64,000 nt of DNA from Nageia nagi (Eukaryota; Plantae; Pinophyta), in assembly GCA_050084985.1 (NCBI GenBank), contig JBITNC010000001.1, positions 114,824,001 through 114,888,000 on the forward strand. The letters are read 5' to 3'. The position numbers and the translations under genes are program-made. Positions 47,789 to 58,929 of the stretch are shown here, piece by piece. Under the pieces are notes generated by a model. The model made no database searches, was not told the origin of the DNA, and saw only the letters and a list, made by a program, of their open reading frames with translations. Each line of letters begins with the position of its first letter. The stretch's first letter is position 1.

Positions 47789-50700
47789 ATGGCTTCCAAA
47801 GTTAGACCATCTCCATCAAGAGTTAAGAAGGTTCAAGGACAGTTGTTCGAGAGACGTGTGACTAAAAACCAGATGGCCTAAATTTCAAAAGAGAGCCTAA
47901 TTGAGTTTCAAGAAAGAGAAAGACCAGAGCTTCCTAAGGCCAAAATTAAGGGGAGACACATTTTTCATGGTGATATAGACTCAGGAAACCTGCACCCCAT
48001 CCAAACTTTAGCCTCCACTGCCTCCATCAGTAAGGAGGGCTTATCAGAGGAACTTATCCACACCTGTGGATTATTCAACGCCACTATGATGCTTTTTGCA
48101 GTACCATTTCTTGACTTGTGCTACGAGGTAGCCAAGAGATGTGAATTCAACAAGAGAGTCATACAAGACACGGAGGGAAATGTAAATATGAACTTCACCC
48201 CAGATGGAATTGAAGTAACCTTTGGCTAGAAAAGATATGGGGACAACTACACATTGGCAAATTCTGAGGAATTCCATGATTCCACACCTGGCCTGGGGAC
48301 TACATTCGACCATCACTACTTGAAAATTACCAGAATCTTCAGGGCTAGAGGCTGATCAGCGCTCGCAGAGAGAGGAGTTCTTGTCTATCGTGGCCAAGTT
48401 GATCACTCTTTTGTCCAAGGTCATTGGTCAAGAAAATGATGCTAAGTATAGGAAGGAGTTTATAGGCTTCATTGCAATCATTAGCTTGGGCAGAGCTATC
48501 CGATGGGGTGAGGTAATCAGTGATGCCCTATGCCACCAGTTGGCTTATTTTGCCTCCTCGAGGAGATTCTGCATGAACTCCTATCTTGTGTACCTGTTGT
48601 TGCATGGCAATGTCAGATCCAAGGAACTTGTCGATGAAAGATACTTGGGACAGAAAGGCATTCCTTTGTGGCGAGTTTATCCAAAGTGGTGGTACCAGAA
48701 CAAGTTCCAGAATTTCTATGAAAGAAAGGACTGGTGGGAGTATGATATCTATAAAGATATCAAAGCGGAATTTGTGGTAATGAGGATTTTTGATGCAGTC
48801 GTACAAGCCATCAGTGTACATGCAGATTTCTTCCTACAGTATATTGACCATATATTCATCAGAGTCTATGGCTCCAAAGAGCAACCCTTGCTCCTGCCGA
48901 GATATGCCAGTGATAGGCTCATCCTCATGGAATTTGATAGGCAGCTCTTCTTCTTGAAAGATAGAGTCTGGAAGAAGAAGAATGTGACCATTAACTTGCC
49001 TATCTCAATCGCAAATTATGTGTGTCAGACATGGGTTAAAGCGGCCAGTATGAAGGAGTTGCAGCATTATGTCTTCTTCAGGGAGGCAGCAGCGAAAAAC
49101 TATGATCCTAGAGGTGTGATTACACATTTCTACAACACTGCATTCCACAAGCCTATCGCTTTTCAACATAAGTCTTTGGGGAATGTGGAGAAGTACCGAA
49201 ACATGCAAGGTGAGGAGGAGAATGTGAAGATAGATGCTCTCCTAAGCAAGAAGAAGGCTCCCCTCCAAGAAGAGAAACCACCTCAAAGATCCGGAACTGC
49301 AAATTCTAAATCTAAAGAGGTCCCATTCAGGATCAAATCATCCGCTCCTCCTGTTTGTGCTGCACCTCCACCGGTCAAGGCGCCCTTTCTTCCTGCTAAA
49401 AAGAGACAAGAGGCTCTGAGGGAGCATATTTCAAGCCCTAGCAAGCATAGCGTAGTAATGGTTGATCTCAACGATGCTAGCTATTGCACTATCCCCTCGA
49501 ACGTACTAGATGAGGCTTGCGCCAATGATTCGCCCATAGAAGAGGTCCCTTCCAAAGCCACTGGTTCTCCTGGATGTAGGGAGAAAGTCCCCCTGTTGCA
49601 ACCAAGTTCTAGTTCCAGTTCCGAACACTCTACTCCCTCTTCCAACAAAAAGACTGATGAATAGCCCGATTGTACAGTAGAAGACTTTGGAGAAAAGTCA
49701 AAGAGTCATGGTGGAAAAGAAGAGGAAGATGATGACAATGGTGATGCTACTGTTGACGAGCAGTTCCCCAAGCAAGAACATGTAGCTGTAGGTACCTCTA
49801 CACCTGACGAAATGGAGATCGACAATCTCCAAGAAGATGACGAGATTGTGGACATTGGGACCTATGATGATGAAGTCCAGGTCGTTGGAGCTAAAGGCCC
49901 TAAAGAGATGGGTGCTCATCAATGTAAGAGGTCTCCCTCTTCTTCACAGAAATCCTGTACGAAGAGAGCCAACCATGAGAGGTACCATCAGCCACTTAAA
50001 GGTATATCAATAGGTGACGATGGCAAAGATGAGGAGGATGAAGGAGAGACTAAAGAGTAGAAAAAGAAGAGAAGACAGGAAGAGCAACAAGGCAAGGAAG
50101 TTTCCCTAATACATACCACTCCAACGAAAGAGGCCAAGAAGATAAATAAGGGACGATTGTTGGTACAGAGGCTTCCTCCCCAGCCAATAATCGAGCATCC
50201 AGATCTTGACTTGGATGCCTGCCTTAGAGCCCTCAGCATGAGTACAGCTCATGACAAAGACATAGACCAGGATCTGTGCTCTGAAGATGAGGAAAAGGAG
50301 CTTTCGGATGGTGAGAAGATTCAAAGGGTCGATACATTTGTTTCCACCTCCCGAAAGGAAATCTCCATCAACCATTGCTATTCAAAGAAGAAACATCCTT
50401 AGAGAGCAGAAGATTGTATGATCGAGACATTTAAGATGCCCGTGAAACTAGGATTGACAAATTGCAAGCATATAGTCACTCAAAACACTGCAATCATGGA
50501 GCAAGAGAGCTATAAAGCCAAAAAGGAGGTGAAGTGGCTAAAAAGGGAACTCACGACCAATAGGAAGATCATCAAGGGGTTCCAAAAGATCAGCACCACC
50601 CCCTTGATCTAAAGAAGGAGACTTCCTTCCATGAGGGATAGGAGTTGATGAAAGAGCAACTAAAGAAAAAAATGACAGAGGCTATCAAGAGATTGTCTTC

Positions 50701-51293
50701 TCATATCTATAAGCTCCTTGTTGAAGGGAAATAAAATAAGAGACCTTAAGATATAAATCTCAGCACACCTTAGTACGTTGGATGTCTCCCATCTGCAGCA
50801 CATTTACGCTGACAATCCTAAGACGCTAGTCTCCTGCCACAAGTTCACCTACCACCACGACTGGCTGAATCATGCACTCGAGAAGTGCAACGCAATCCTA
50901 AAGCTTAGAATCCCCTTGAGAAAGAAGGTCGAGGAATAGATGAGTGATTATGTCTATCAGCTCAAGTTCCAAGGGGAGGACAACAACGTAAGGATGAAGG
51001 AGGCCGTATTGGCAAAGGCTCAAATCTTGATACAACAGCATCTAGACATCGATGACCTTAGTTTACTAAAGGCAGGGTATCCCATCGTCCATGAAAGGCA
51101 GATGGTCATCTGGAGGCACCAGATGCAAGCTACATCCAAAAAGGTAGAGGACTACTTTTTGCATAATAGCAACATCGTTGGCATGATTTCCATGGGCGTA
51201 CGAACGACTGTGGCATTCTTGGAGGAGACCATTGAGTCATACGGTTTCACCGAGGAGTGGAACTCTGCCGATACCGGAATAGATTTGGCCTAG
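47789..51293 (+). pseudogene. Retrotransposon extra (non-gag/pol) ORF of unknown function, disrupted
   Basis: ATG at 47789. The 427-aa open core (48381-49664) has WGEVISDALCHQL..F...FCMNSYLVY and FIRVYG...P.LLPRY..DRL.LME motifs, followed by acidic and helical segments. It lies before a probable PPT/LTR. Confidence 0.6.
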
Positions 51294-51696
51294 ATCTGAT
51301 CTACTCGCAGATTCTCCCTGCAACAATCTTTCTATTGTTTAATGCATGTTTAATGATGATGGTTCTTATGATCAGACTTTATTTACTTGATTTAATTGGT
51401 GTACGGATGAGTTTGTGCTCTCGCCAGATCAAATCTGTCAGACTCATTTATGACTCTACCTAATATAGGGATGAGGTTTTGCTCCCGCTGGTTTAGATGT
51501 CAGACTTTCGTCGCATATCTGATTTATTTTTGAGTAGTTTAAAAATAGATTAAATGCATTTTGGTAGTGGCATTTATATTTTGTCAAACTTTTAAGTACC
51601 ACTTGCATAGTTTCATGTGAACAATCAGATTTTGTATCGGTATGTGTGTTGCATGTGTGCACACCATATCGGATTTGATGCCCTTAGGGCAACACT

Positions 51697-52708
51697 TATA
51701 GTGGCCTATTTATACTCCATCATGGCCATTTAGAAGGGGATTTTGGCATTTGGAATTTTGCATTTGGAATGTTGCATAACATTGATTGCATAAGATTTTG
51801 CATTTGTTAGAACTAGAAGAATTTCTTTGCATTCGCAAAATTGAAGAATCCATAGCATATGTGCCATTTCTACATATCATTGTCTATCTGTGAGGATTTA
51901 GCATGTATGTGAATTTGCATATGAAAAGATTTCAGCATCCCATCACATAGAAGATTGTTGCATAAGGGATTCTATGCTTGCCATGATTGCGTAACATTGC
52001 ATCTCTATTTTGAATGTCATTTTGAAGTTACTGCTATCAAGCAAGGAATGTCGCTACTCATGTTATTGAATATCATTATACATTGATTTCTTTCTAGAAT
52101 AAAGCTACGAAGTAAAAACTGTGAAGATTGTCATTTGTGGGATTATGCATGTCTAAATAGTTTTCTTCCTGAAGTTGCATATTGAATATTTGTTGAAATG
52201 GTTTGCACATAAGTGAATGTATTATGGGGCGTATAGCTTGTCTCTATGCATTCATGCCTTAACTTCATTTATCCTTGTTCCATCGAATCTTCCACCAGGA
52301 CACCACAACCCCTTGCTCTTGTCTGGCTCATCGGTATTTGCTGCTCGACTTGATAGTGAATACACCCATCTTAATGAATCAAGAGATGACCTGCCGAGAC
52401 ACTTCATCATTGGTGATATCTTCATAAGTTCATCTTTCTTTATATTACTTTGCACTCATCCCTATGTTTGTCCTTGCATTTGTGATCTTTCTTCGCTTTC
52501 GTTCACATTTGCAGTCTTTCCTCATTGTGGAAAAGAACTTCAACGTTGTAATTCCCTTGTATACAGTTAACAACATGCATCTCTGACTATTGTGCCTTAA
52601 GACCATATTCCATGTAAAAGCTTGGGGTAACCAATAATTTCAAGCGGAAACAAGTGACACTGTTTCCTCTAAGTCTTATGAATGTTTTGGACTAGAAAAA
52701 AAAAAACA
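51697..52708 (+). mobile_element. Probable 3' LTR of a Tat/Ogre/Athila-like Gypsy element
   Basis: Preceded by AGGGCAACAC, ends in ...AAAAACA, and its 3' half is repeated at 39120-39405. Confidence 0.5.
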
Positions 52709-53789
52709 TAGAGTTGGGATGGAAACCTTTCCTACCGGCCTAGCATTGCTTGCACAAAATCGGAATGGGGAAAGCACCCACCATTTAGGTGAGATAGCGT
52801 AACTTACCTCCCCTTAAAACGACTGAAACCCCAAGATTTGTTCGTGTTCCCGTTGAAGTTGCACAATTTTATATATACAATGATCAGGGAATGAACTCAA
52901 TCGGTTTGAATAGAGTTAGAGGCTGTTAACTCACATTTTTTTATAGGACAAGATGTTTTTGAGATGATTGAAAGTTGCTATGGCTTTATAAAAAAAGAAT
53001 GCAAAAAGATAAAATAAGCAAATAAAAATAGGAAAAAGGTGAGAATGATCCAATACTGGTTAAGTCGTAAGGTGATTGTCACAACAAAGCCTTGTCTAAA
53101 ATGAGACGTTTTCTAATCGATTATGAAATTTCGATTCATTCAATCTAGTTCAAGGTGAATGACTATTCTCCAATCAGCTTTGAATCTAGAGCAAGAAGCA
53201 GGGCCAATTGTCGGCACTCTGTAGATAGGACTGATGCAATCCAAGGAAATAGCGTAGAACACACGCTTTGGAACCAAGTTTGAACAAAAACTTCAAATAA
53301 GATGTAGACAAGAAACAAATTCAGAATACATTTTGTTTAAATATGCAAGAGGCAAAAGATGGCAAACTTAGAGCAATACAAGATATTTTTTAAAGTTTGA
53401 ACAACTAGTTTTTCCTAAAACTCTTGAGTTTTCAAGGAAAGAAGCGAAAATATTTGAATTGTGAAAGAAAGACACAAATGAAACCCATTCACCATTCCAA
53501 GCATGACAATTCTCTTGAAGAAATATGTAACCACTTTGTATTAAGTTTGCAAAAGAGTTACAGAAAATTTTCTACAATTTTCTCCTTTTACAAAAACTTT
53601 GAACTTTTTCTCAAAATTTTCACTCTTTGAAAAAAGTTCCAAACTTTCATTCTACCTAAAAGTAACCCCATGCGGTCTATTTATAGAATTTCTAGGGTTC
53701 CAAGTGTTGCCATAATTCTATAAAAAATATATTAAAATATTACATAGTTGCCTCCTACAACTAAGTCAACTAACTTTTGGTGCTCTACT

Positions 53790-54437
53790 TGCCAGACTGA
53801 CTGATCAGGAGAGCAAGGTTGGTCGACTTTTGGTGCTCAACTTTCCCAAATGATTGATTTACAAAATTTTCAAAATTTTTGAAGATGACAAAAATTATGG
53901 TGGTTGAATTGCAATTTGCACATGTAATGCGTTCCTCGAAGTTGATGACCACAAAAATTTCCCTTGCCTCTGTTGATATGACATATGAAGTTGACAAACT
54001 CCTTTCAGAATCCTTGATCATTTTCTTTCACTTGTTGCTCCATGCAAACGTGTTCTTTATTCCCTCCACTGTGAAGTCTATCATTTGGATGCCATCAATG
54101 TCATAGAGGGTTCTCTGTATTTCTCCTTTGTGTTGCAATATCTAGCTACCTCGAGGCAGAACTCTGTGATTAGAGCGGTGTACAAGATCATGGAGGCCTC
54201 AACCACTATCGATTGAGTGAGAATGTCTTTGAGCAATTGTCTAGGTGGGATCTGAGCCATCTTCTCTAATGTTTTAACTGGGTCATTGTGTGTCCAATTT
54301 GTATCTTTGATCTAACTGAGGCCATCTATTAGCACAATTGTAGGGAAGAGAGCCTTGCCTCTTTTTTCAAAGGTGATCACGATAGTCCTCATGAGCTTCT
54401 CCATTTGGAGCCCCTTATTTTTCTTATCAATGCTCAT
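53790..54437 (-). pseudogene. Second, truncated homolog of the extra ORF
   Basis: ATG at 54437 just after an acceptor-like ctacAG (54448-54447). EFCLEVARYCN...YDIDGIQMIDFTVEGIKNTFAW matches DLCYEVAKRCE...QDTEGNVNMNFTPDGIEVTFG at ~48110-48230. Confidence 0.65.
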
Positions 54438-55239
54438 GATTTAAACCTGTAGAGTACAAGAAGGTGTTAGAAGTGATACTAGGTATCTTTGGAGGGATTT
54501 TGGAGTGAAAAAAAAGAGTCAAATTTTTGGCTTATTTTTGGTTTTTTCAGAAGTTGTGAATTTTTTCAAATTTTCAAGTTCGTTGAAATTGGGAAACAAG
54601 TACATGGGGTGTTGGCAAATAAATCTAGGAGGCTTGTGGCCAAGTCTCAAAAAAAAATTTCAAGTTTTCCGAGTCTGAATAAACTCGCTGTTTTTTTAGC
54701 CCATGCATTCGTTTTTTTTACAGGTTTTAGCAGCTTCGAAGCTTGGGAAGATGGGGATGTAAAATGGGTTTTCAAGCTCCATTTTTGGGAAGTGAATGAT
54801 GGAGGTTGCTCTCCTATATGGGGTCTATCACTTTGGTATTCACTCCGAAGTTTGGATCTTTCAAAATTTGGGAGTTTTTTGGCCTCGAAAAAACATTTTT
54901 TGTGTTTTTCACTTTTTTCCAAAAAGCTTGAAAATGGCCAAAAGATGGGGGGGTCCAAAATTTTGAAAATTTATAAAAAGTGGATTTGACCTAATGGGTT
55001 GATAGAGAATGGATATCTAAGATCTTTGAAAATTTTTGACAAGGTTTTGGCTTATTTTGGATCTTGTGAGCAAATTTGAAGTTTTTGAGCAATTTTGTGA
55101 GGTTTTGTGAGGATTTTGCTCAAAAATAGGTGCATGGAGGCTCAAGGAAAGTGTTTGTGAAGCAAATGAGAGGATTAGGGGAGTATTTATAGGGTTTTTG
55201 TGCCTTTTGCATGTTCTTTCGTGGGTTTTTGACCTCAAA

Positions 55240-56800
55240 TGTGCTCTACGGGTGCATTTTGCACATTTCTTAAGATTTTTGAGCCTTCGAACACTCCATA
55301 GGCTTGAAATTCAGCGCCTAGCTTTTGGAGGAACTTCCTTTGGTCAAAACAAAAAATTTCAAAGTTTAAATGTGATTCAAATCACTTTCTTCACCCGTCT
55401 ATGTGCCCAAAATCGAATTTTGATGAGTTTTGGGGCTTTCTCCTTGCATCTAGGCACTATTTTTTATTTTTTTGAAATTTCCAATGGCTTGCAAACCTGC
55501 GCCTAACTTTTTGGGGCATTTCTAGTGCTCAATTTCAAAATTTTGCTGACCTAAACATGCTTAGAATGCCTTTTTCCATGCAACCATGTGAAAAAATTTA
55601 AGTTTTTGCAAAATTTTTTATTCCTCCTCATGTTCGGCGCCATTTTTCAACTCATTGGAATTGGAAAAATTAGAAAACCAGCACCTAGGACTTTGGGCCA
55701 CTTCCCTTGCTCAAAATTTGAATTTTGCAAGTATAAATGTGTCTAGATGGTGTTTTTGACCCAATGGACCCTTCACACTTGAGTTTTGAGCAAAATTTGC
55801 AAAATATTTCCATCCTAGATGCTAGATTTCACTCCATTGGATTCCCAATGGCATGAAAACCTGCACCTAACCTTTTAGTGCCTTTCCATTGCTCAAAATT
55901 GGAATTTTGTAGTTCTAAATGTGCTCAAAATGGGGTTTTCCACCTAATGGACACCTTAGGATGAATTTTTGATGCATTTTTCACTTATCCCTCCAAGTAA
56001 GGCACCATTTTTCATCCCTATGGAATTAGAAACATTTGCAAACCTGCACCTAGCCTTTGGAGGGTCAGAACTTGTTCAAAATCGAATTTTTCATGACCTA
56101 AATGTCCTAGAAATCACATTTTACACCCAATGAGACCTTCAAACTTGAGTTTTGACCAACTTTTATCAATTTGTTTTTATTTTAGGCATGATTTTTAATC
56201 CTATTGGATTTCCAAAGCTCTCAAAACCTGCGCCTAGCCTCTAGGGTGCCCAAATGTGCTCAAAATCGAAAATTTGAGACCTAAATGTGCTTACAATCAT
56301 GTTTTTCTTGGTCCCAAGCACTTAAAATTGAATTTTGGCCAAAAAACATTCTATCTTATCAATCTAGGTGCCATTTTTCACTGCAATGGATTTGGAAACA
56401 TCTAGAAACTTGCACCTAGCATTATGGGGGTCTTTACTTGCACAAAATAAAAAATTTCAAGACCTAATGTGGCTTAGAACCATCTTTTCCACTCATTCAA
56501 GCATTTGGATTTCATTTTTGATGCATTTCCACTTTTTCTTTACTATCTAGGTGCCAAAATGCATCTCTATGGATTTCCCATAGGCTTGAAAAATTGCGCC
56601 TAGCCTTATAGTGTCTTAGACTTGGTCAAAATCGAAAATTTCGTGTCTTAACTGTGATAGAATTCACCTTATCTCTCTGAATACGCTCTTAGACTGGAAT
56701 TCTGATACCATTTGCATTTATCTATAAGAAACTTGCACCATTTTTCCCATACTTGGATCTTCAGTACCTTGGGAAAATGTGCCTAGGGATAAGACTACTC
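55240..56800. repeat. Tandem array, ~183-bp unit, ~9 copies
   Basis: AAACCTGC(A/G)CCTA anchor at about 55493, 55675, 55857, 56040, 56225, 56406 and 56590, with degenerate copies at ~55312 and ~56775. Confidence 0.85.
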
Positions 56801-58449
56801 AAACTTGCATTTTCGAATCATTCCGAACTCATTTTGTGTATTTCTAGCCACTCCCGACGTCTCCAAGCTCAATCTCCATCAAAACGCCCTTTATGGCACC
56901 TTCAAGCTCAAACTCTGCATTTTCGATCATTTTCAAGCTCAAACGGTGCAAAAACGAGCATTTCCGCCTTTCTAGGCTCAAAGTTGTCATTTTCCACCAT
57001 TTCCAGCACTTCTGGGCTCAAAGTATCCAATCTTGCCCATTTTCAGCATTTTTGGGCCCTTAGCATGAAAAAATGACCTTTTTTGGCATTTCCAACATTT
57101 TCAAGCATTTCTGGCCATTCTGGGCTCAACCAATCACTTTGGGTCATTTCCGATCTTTCCGAACTCAAATAGTGCAAAACGCACCTTTTTTACCATACTA
57201 AACATTTCCGGGCTCAAAAGTGACTAAAATGCACTTTTCTACCTTACTTGTCCTTTTCCAACTTTTCAGGGTCAACTTTGACAAAAAAGTCCATGTTTGT
57301 CATCGTTGTCATTTTCAAGACATCCGGACTCAAACTTGACAAAAACATCCATTTTTGTCACCTTGGATACCTTAGTGCCCAAATTCTACGAAAATGCATT
57401 GTGTTAGGTACCTATGAGCTCAACCTCTGCAAAAGCGTGCCCTTTTGTCAACACTATCATTCTTGTGCTCAAATGATGCAAAATGTGCCCTTTTCTGCTC
57501 CGTTGGCTGCTTGGCGTAAAACTCCCTTCCTGGTCGCTGTTGTGATCCAGAATTGCATCCTACTTGATGTCGCTTGAAACCAGGCCATGAATGGCCCCTG
57601 GATGCACTAAACTGATTTGGTGCCTCTATGGGTACCTATGTGCACTGCTTCATCACTCAGCCACTTTGATTCTTCTCTCTGGCAGTTGTCTAGTCATCTC
57701 CAAGCAATGTCGTCCATTGCCTTCAAAAAGTAAGGTCTCCAAAATGCTGCATCTTGGGTTGTGTTGTGCGGGCACAACACATACCAATAAATTCTAGCAG
57801 TAGACTAGTAGTACTTGCTCCATCTAATCCCAGAGTACAAGCCTACCATCCTTAATTCGTAGTAATTGTTGGATGGACCGTATTTGAAACTAAAATTCAA
57901 ATTTTATATATATACACACACTTTCTGAAAATAATGACATGCATTTTAAAAATAATGACATGTAGAATCTACTTCTTTTTTAAAGTAAAAAGTAAGAATA
58001 TACAGTTGATATAAATCTAAAACTGTATTTACAGTTTGAAAAGGCAAATACAAGTTGTAGCCTGTCAAATTCCAGGCTTGGGCACGATACTTCACTAGGA
58101 GATTACATGTAGATCAAATTCTGACAAAGGTCTCCACTCACTACGGAATCTAAGACTTCCATAAAACAATTAAACACAAACTTCAACAAAAAAACATACA
58201 AACAAATTCATGCAATTAAGGTATTGAGCTTTGATACCATTGTAAATCCAGAGTAAATTCCATTAACTCCAAAATGTGGAATGGCCAACAAGAAGTTACA
58301 ACCTTTGAAAATACAATTTAAAGAGATGAAAAGTTGCATACTAATCTCCACCGAACACCATGTGTCATCACTAAAGTATCTACTAACTTACCAACTACAA
58401 ATTACATTATGAAATAATTGGGCTAAGCAATTACTATTGCAATGATACG

Positions 58450-58740
58450 ATTGCTAGAGCAGTCTATGTTCATAATAGAAGTTCAACAAATGCTTCTAAC
58501 AAGATGCCTCCTCCTAAAACATGGTATAGAAGGAAGCCCAATGTTACTCATTTGAAAGTTCTTGGATTTTTAGCCTTTGTTCATGTTAGTGACAAGAAGA
58601 GGAAGAAAGTTGATCCAAACAGTAGAATTTGCATCTTCAATGGATATTCTGGAAGTAGCAAAGCCTATATGCTTTACAATACACAAACACACAAGGTGGT
58701 GACTTCAAGAGGTGATTTTGATGAAAGGTATATGGACAAC
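58450..58740 (+). mobile_element. Copia integrase C-terminal fragment
   Basis: WYRRKPNVTHLKVLG...KRKKVDPNSRICIFNGYS..SKAY.LY. Confidence 0.85.
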
Positions 58741-58929
58741 CAGAAAGCAAAGTTAAGAAAAGACTGCAACTGTACAGAAAAAAATAGAAATAGAAATATT
58801 ATTAATGTCCTCAGGTGACCAAAATAGGTCAATGGGACTCAAAAAGTACAATCCAACTAAATGTAGATAATTCTAGGGTGAGAAACCCCAGAAACCAACA
58901 AAGCAAAAGCAATAAAGCTACGCTACACA

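Noticed and set aside
55240-56800. CRISPR-like regularly spaced repeats
   Set aside because: Whole ~183-bp units are homologous with no unique spacers, there are no cas genes, and the context is a eukaryotic TE.
58228-58239. tRNA gene fragments at TGGTATCA(A/G)AGC sites
   Set aside because: These are retrotransposon primer-binding sites (also 2625, 17606, 29971, 43119), not tRNA genes.
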